From Tubiluchus corallicola (taxonomy: Eukaryota; Animalia; Priapulida): 64,000 nucleotides of DNA. Positions within the stretch are counted from its first letter, which is position 1. The number at the start of each line of letters is the position of its first letter. Under the pieces are notes generated by a model that was given only the letters and a program-made list of their open reading frames with translations, had not been told where the DNA came from and did no database searches. Positions 62,791-64,000 of this stretch are shown here, piece by piece. The translations under genes and the position numbers were made by a program. The stretch spans positions 372,001-436,000 of the forward strand of contig JAQGDQ010000174.1 in the NCBI GenBank assembly GCA_030141605.1. The letters are read 5' to 3'.

Positions 62791-63127
62791 TTTATTAAAA
62801 ATTGACAGCTTGCAGTTTTACACTTAATGAAGTAGGTTTATATTTTAAAACCCCGAATAAAAAATCGCACAATAAACAAGTGGCGTAGCTAAACGGGTGA
62901 GAGGAGAGGGCGATCCGCTCTAGAGAACGCCAAAACGCGCCAAAAAGCTCTAGCTGGTCACTGAATTAAACAACAAGGAAAAACAAGGAAGAGGCACAAG
63001 GCTTTAAACTGCCGTTCATCTTCAGATAAGCATAAAAGACAAAAAGAGAAAAAAACACAAGGAATTACTAGAAATACTAAACCAAACATTTTTTGGGAGT
63101 TTTTGTTTATATTATATTATTAACGTA

Positions 63128-63295
<168 letters not shown>

Positions 63296-63408
63296 TTTAT
63301 TTAATTATCACTATTCTTGTCACTAAGAATTGATATGTTATTTTAGAACTGACAAGAATTGCAGGTCTTTCTACTTGTTTTCATAATCAACTATAGATAC
63401 AGTAGTTA

Positions 63409-63569
63409 CTAGCCTCGCTCAACTTTTGTACGTACTGAAAGTTTCGCAAACAAAAAATTCAGTCTTTTCCCACTGATCTGCTCTTGGCGAAACTCTGTAT
63501 CAGCTTCGTTAATTCTTAATTTAGGCCTGTTGAAGAGATCTTCGCTTGTCCTTTTCACCTTGGCACACA
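63409..63569 (-). CDS. possible terminal coding exon of a gene starting beyond the right edge
   Basis: CTCTTTTCAG acceptor followed by 53 open codons (CAKVKRTSEDLFNRPKLRINEADTEFRQEQISGKRLNFLFAKLSVRTKVERG*); no recognisable homology. Confidence 0.3.
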
Positions 63570-64000
63570 CTGAAAAGAGCCAGTTAGTTAGTCACCGTGC
63601 CGTAAAAGCTACAATATTCTATGGTTTTACCTAACGTAAGTATTTTACAGAATTTATCACCATGTTTATCACCAGGTCTATCAAATTTCTGGCTGATAAG
63701 GTAATTTCGTTTGCGCTTCAGTTTTTGAGATAATTGCATCTTCTTTTTTCTAATTATTTAGTTGCATTATATGAATATCAAAAGAATATTAAAAATAACC
63801 CCGTCTCGATGGTTTCACATTTTTTTATTTGAAATAAGCAGTGGCTTAGTAAAACTAATTACGTAATTAAAAACCAAGCTTAAAGAAGCGACAAGTGCAA
63901 ATTAAATGAACATTAATAATGCCGAATCTTCGCAAGTTATTCAAAGTACATGAAATTAATCGCTCCAAGGAAAAATTAATGTCGATTGAAACGGAGTACG

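Overview
AT-rich, intron-containing genomic DNA from an invertebrate animal (species not identifiable from sequence alone). Hand-splicing gives eight protein-coding genes: the 5' part of DNA polymerase alpha (POLA1, minus, runs off the left edge); a single-exon class A GPCR nested antisense in a POLA1 intron; MPHOSPH6/MPP6 with an uninterrupted CDS (minus); CTP:phosphocholine cytidylyltransferase (PCYT1/CCT, plus, 7 coding exons); a single-exon Rab11-derived GTPase nested on the same strand inside the 11.5-kb last intron of PCYT1; heparan sulfate 6-O-sulfotransferase (minus); ribosomal protein L35a (plus, with a 5' TOP exon); and a TMEM272-like membrane protein (minus). Introns and intergenic DNA hold many MITEs (hAT, Tc1/pogo and other types), LINE/SINE fragments and microsatellites. 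The most unusual item is the nested Rab11-like gene. It has no C-terminal prenylation cysteine, ends in a predicted 11-residue-period amphipathic helix, has DLPGQ in place of DTAGQ, and is preceded by CpG-rich patches with RFX X-box-like motifs. Its poly(A) site could also truncate the host CCT before the phosphorylation domain. All gene models were read by eye and none was checked against transcripts or databases.
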